Source of the DNA: Macrostomum lignano
Taxonomy: Eukaryota
DNA length: 64,000 nucleotides
Assembly (NCBI GenBank): GCA_002269645.1
Contig: NIVC01002285.1
Location: 122,835 to 186,834, forward strand
Direction of reading: 5' to 3'
Positions within the stretch are counted from its first letter, which is position 1. Each line of letters starts with the position of its first letter. This document shows positions 61,261 to 64,000 of this stretch, one piece after another. The translations under genes and the position numbers were made by a program. The notes under the pieces are model-generated. The model did no database searches and was not told where the DNA came from. It saw only the letters and a program-made list of their open reading frames with translations.

Positions 61261-61967
61261 ATGGAAACTTTCAATCTGCAGTTGGCACACGATTCCTCAA
61301 TCATCTTGGCCGGACCATCAAACTCTGGCAAAACTGAATGGGCGCTGCGTTTGCTGCGCGAACGAAATTTGTTATTTAAGCAAGCGCCAACGCGTCTCGT
61401 GTGGTGTCATGGCACGGACCTGAGTCCTGGTGAACAGCACCGCATTCGTTCAAGCTGGGAGGAGGGCGGGAGCGGGCAGCATAATTTGATTCGAGGATTT
61501 CCGCTCGAGCTTATCTCTCAACTTCGCCCACACGATTTGCTGGTTGTCGATGATCTCCAGAGTGAAATGGCCAAGTCCCCCGAATTTACAGCAATTTTTA
61601 CAAAAATGCCCACCACACACCACTAACTTGTCTCTATTTATGTCAGAATCTCTTTCATCGTTCTGATGCTGAAGCGCGCTCGCGAAGCCTCTCTGCTAGC
61701 TACATCTGCCTGACCCGAAATATTCGCGATCGAACGGTTGTTCAAAGCCTAGGGAAGCAAATGTTTCCAAAGAGGAGCAACTTTCTAGTTCGTGTCTATG
61801 AAAACGCAACTGACAATAGGCCCTATTCATACCTGTTTATTGATCTGCGACAAGAAACTCCCGACTTTTTAAGGCTTCGTACTGGTATTTTCCCGGGTGA
61901 CAAACAGCTTGCGTACACCTCTGGTAAAAGCAACTCTGTTTCACTTGATTTTATAAGCAATCCATAG
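61261..61967 (+). pseudogene. FtsK/A32-like packaging ATPase, element B (1-nt deletion near 61607)
   Basis: AGPSNSGKT, LLVVDDL, YLCQNLF, PYSYLFIDL. Confidence 0.9.
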
Positions 61968-62000
61968 ATTGCACTTTGCTCCTTTGTAGAAATTTTGAAA

Positions 62001-62987
62001 ATGAGTTTTTATGTGTTTTTGCCTTCGAATGACAAGAGTTATGCAGATAATTCACCCAGCGAGTTTCGAGTCCGGCTAAAGGATCCACTGAATGTTGGAA
62101 CGCGCTATGAAGTAGCACTGGTTGAGCTAATCTGCGGAGGGTTTCCTGCTTCGGCTGCAAAGGACTCTTCGTTAGATAAAAAGGAAATTGTCTACTATCA
62201 AAGAGACGTGCAAACGTATTTTTCTTCAACAGCACCTCGATTTGTGAAGTTGTGGTCCCAAGCAAACTTGGAGGCATATCTTTTGTGGAGGCAAGCGGAG
62301 GCGGGCTCGGGAGCAAAAATCACATATCAGTGGTTCCTGCGAAACGGTGGTAGCCGATCGGTTCATGTGGAAATTCCAATGACGTTTCTCAGTACATTTG
62401 CCCTAGACGAGTGGGTTGTGGTTCGAGCGGGGATAGGCAATGAAGAAGGTGAATGGAGTGAGGCTTCTCTACGGACTTTGGAAGAGGTTTCAGCGAAGAT
62501 GGATAGATTGAACGATAAGTATACTATGATTTTTAATTTTGTTCTGGACCCATATCATGCTGTGAAATTTTTGGGCGATGGAGAACGCATGAAATCTCTA
62601 CAAAGTGGTTCAGTGGACGACGCTCTGAAAAAAAATGTTTGGAAGCTTGTGCACCCGTGGACATTTACCATACAATATTTGCTCCGTGAGCCGTCCGGTG
62701 CTGGGACGACAATAGCAAGCAGTATATGTATTGCTACACTGACATCATCGACTATCAGCCCGTTGGAAGCACATCTGTTCCACTGTTGCGCGTCGTGGAT
62801 TTGCAGCGGAAGGGACACGAAGTAACGCATGAACATAGTTCCTTGACAAATCCTTACTATGTTGGAGTGAATCGTCAGGCATCAGCGAGATTCAATTCGA
62901 CTGACTGATCAGCGTGGCAAAGGAATACAATTTCAACCGGGCTCGCATACTGTGGCGGTGCTCCATTTTCGTCCTAGAATTGACTAG
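62001..62987 (+). pseudogene. Minor capsid (penton) protein, element B (frameshifts in the 3' third)
   Basis: MSFYVFLPSN...YEVALVEL; YTDIIDYQPVG...PLLRVV; LTDQRG...VLHFRP. Confidence 0.85.
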
Positions 62988-63155
62988 GTGACTAATTATA
63001 AGCAAACTTTGGGGTTGAGTATGATTTGACCAATATTTAAATGCCTTTATTAACAGAAAAAGCTAGAGAGCCTGCTCGCTTTCTAAGTGTGCCATTTTAT
63101 TGCAGAGTGCGGCCCGCTTGAAAGATAAGCACCAACGCCGCAATTTCTGCAAAGC

Positions 63156-63400
63156 TTGACTCTGACGGAAGTCCGCTTCTACTTGCTGAATATTGTAAGC
63201 GGCGCGTGCGATAAAAGCCTGCGATCAGCGCGATTGCAAAAACACGCGCCTGTGATACGCAAGCTGCTGAACCGGTCTGGAAAGAGTCTAGTTGAAAGGA
63301 AGAAAATTATTGTTCAAAACGGAGGCTTCCTTCCTTTCCTGGCGCCATCATTGCTGGCATCACCTCGGCCTTGCCTGCCATTGAACAGCGCTAGGAATTA
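63156..63400 (+). CDS. Small basic virion-type protein with QxGGFL motif
   Basis: KHAPVIRKLL...RKKIIVQNGGFLPFLAPSLL resembles small Polinton late proteins; exact ends uncertain. Confidence 0.55.
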
Positions 63401-63459
63401 CGTCCGGAATTGCGGGCACAGCAGCTGGAGCAGCAACTCTTGTGCGGAATATTCAAAAC

Positions 63460-63950
63460 AAGAAATGAGTCGGCACGACGGGCTCAGCGGATGGTTCTAC
63501 TTCCCAGGCAACATACAATATGATGTGTGATAAAAAACTCCCCCTACAAATGAAGCCAATACCTCTCTGCCGGGCACGAGGAACCTCGAACTAGCGTTTT
63601 GGACGGGCCACGCGGCACTAGGCAAAAATCTGGTTGGGATGCAAAGGTTAGATGAACTTGATGCGGCTGCTGCTTCTACTCAGCACCGCCCAATACAAGC
63701 GCACACCTGCAGCGCTCACAGTTGGAAAGTCGGCTTCTTCACGCGCGTCGAGATTATTTCAGCCTTTACCACCTGCGCCTCCGAGCAAAGTTAAAAAGGA
63801 ATCTGCTGGAAGCTTCATTACTGTTGAAGAAACAAGCATTCCGAAAGCTTTGAGGGCCCGATATAAACGCCTTGCAGACAGGTGTTTGAAGAGAGCGAGG
63901 AGGCTGCACTACCATCTGAACTTACTCAAGATGAGTTAAAAATCTAATGG
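63460..63950 (+). pseudogene. Frameshifted hypothetical late-cluster protein
   Basis: An alternative frame gives QRMVLLP near the start, as in conserved Polinton accessory proteins; otherwise unresolved. Confidence 0.25.
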
Positions 63951-64000
63951 AATATGTTGTGCGAGACAAGCCGCTTAAGCGCCACGTAGAGCGGCCACCG

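Larger units (their letters stand above)
49843..64000 (+). mobile_element. Maverick/adintovirus-like element B (continues beyond the window)
   Basis: Terminus, adenain, MCP remnant, intact pPolB, ATPase, penton and PLA2. Confidence 0.88.

Noticed and set aside
40700-62900. Programmed frameshifting to explain breaks in dNK, ATPase, penton and pPolB-A
   Set aside because: Break positions differ between A and B and often fall in short homopolymers; decay or long-read indel error is more likely and needs read-level checking.
1-64000. Host species assignment (short introns and CAG/GCG runs suggested a flatworm-like animal)
   Set aside because: No host gene in the window; cannot be supported without a database search.

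Overview
Repeat-dense eukaryotic (animal-like, with GT-AG introns) DNA with no recognisable host gene. The window is a nest of mobile elements. (1) A decayed Ty3/Gypsy element (1-2227, resuming at 17741) is split inside its integrase by a 15.5-kb TIR-bounded element with a 6-bp TSD (2228-17740). That element's only recognisable gene is a 7-exon protein-primed DNA polymerase B of the VSR-nuclease type, and a LOA/R1-type LINE (8338-14231, 14-bp TSD) cuts this gene off from its promoter. (2) At least six full or partial copies of one ~1-kb LTR family lie in 18.5-22.7 kb and 28.6-29.6 kb, one followed by a PBS and gag. (3) Two diverged but syntenic Maverick/adintovirus-like elements follow, both opening with an AGTAGT terminus: A (24510-49842) and B (49843 to beyond the window end). 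Shared gene order: putative SSB, TBP-like, deoxynucleoside kinase, EndoVII-type pPolB, dUTPase, parvovirus-type PLA2, packaging ATPase, penton. B also has adenain and a major-capsid 3' remnant. Element A contains a solo LTR and an RT-less LTR-retroelement derivative carrying a gB-like fusogen with a mucin-like minisatellite and a SOCS-box-like ORF. A ends in a 1.7-kb inverted duplication of its own left arm. The most interesting candidate system is an element-encoded TBP homologue paired with a recurring TATAAG(C) box 49-60 nt upstream of the element's own genes. Many ORFs have 1-nt frameshifts that could be decay or long-read error. All family assignments are by motif recognition, not database search.
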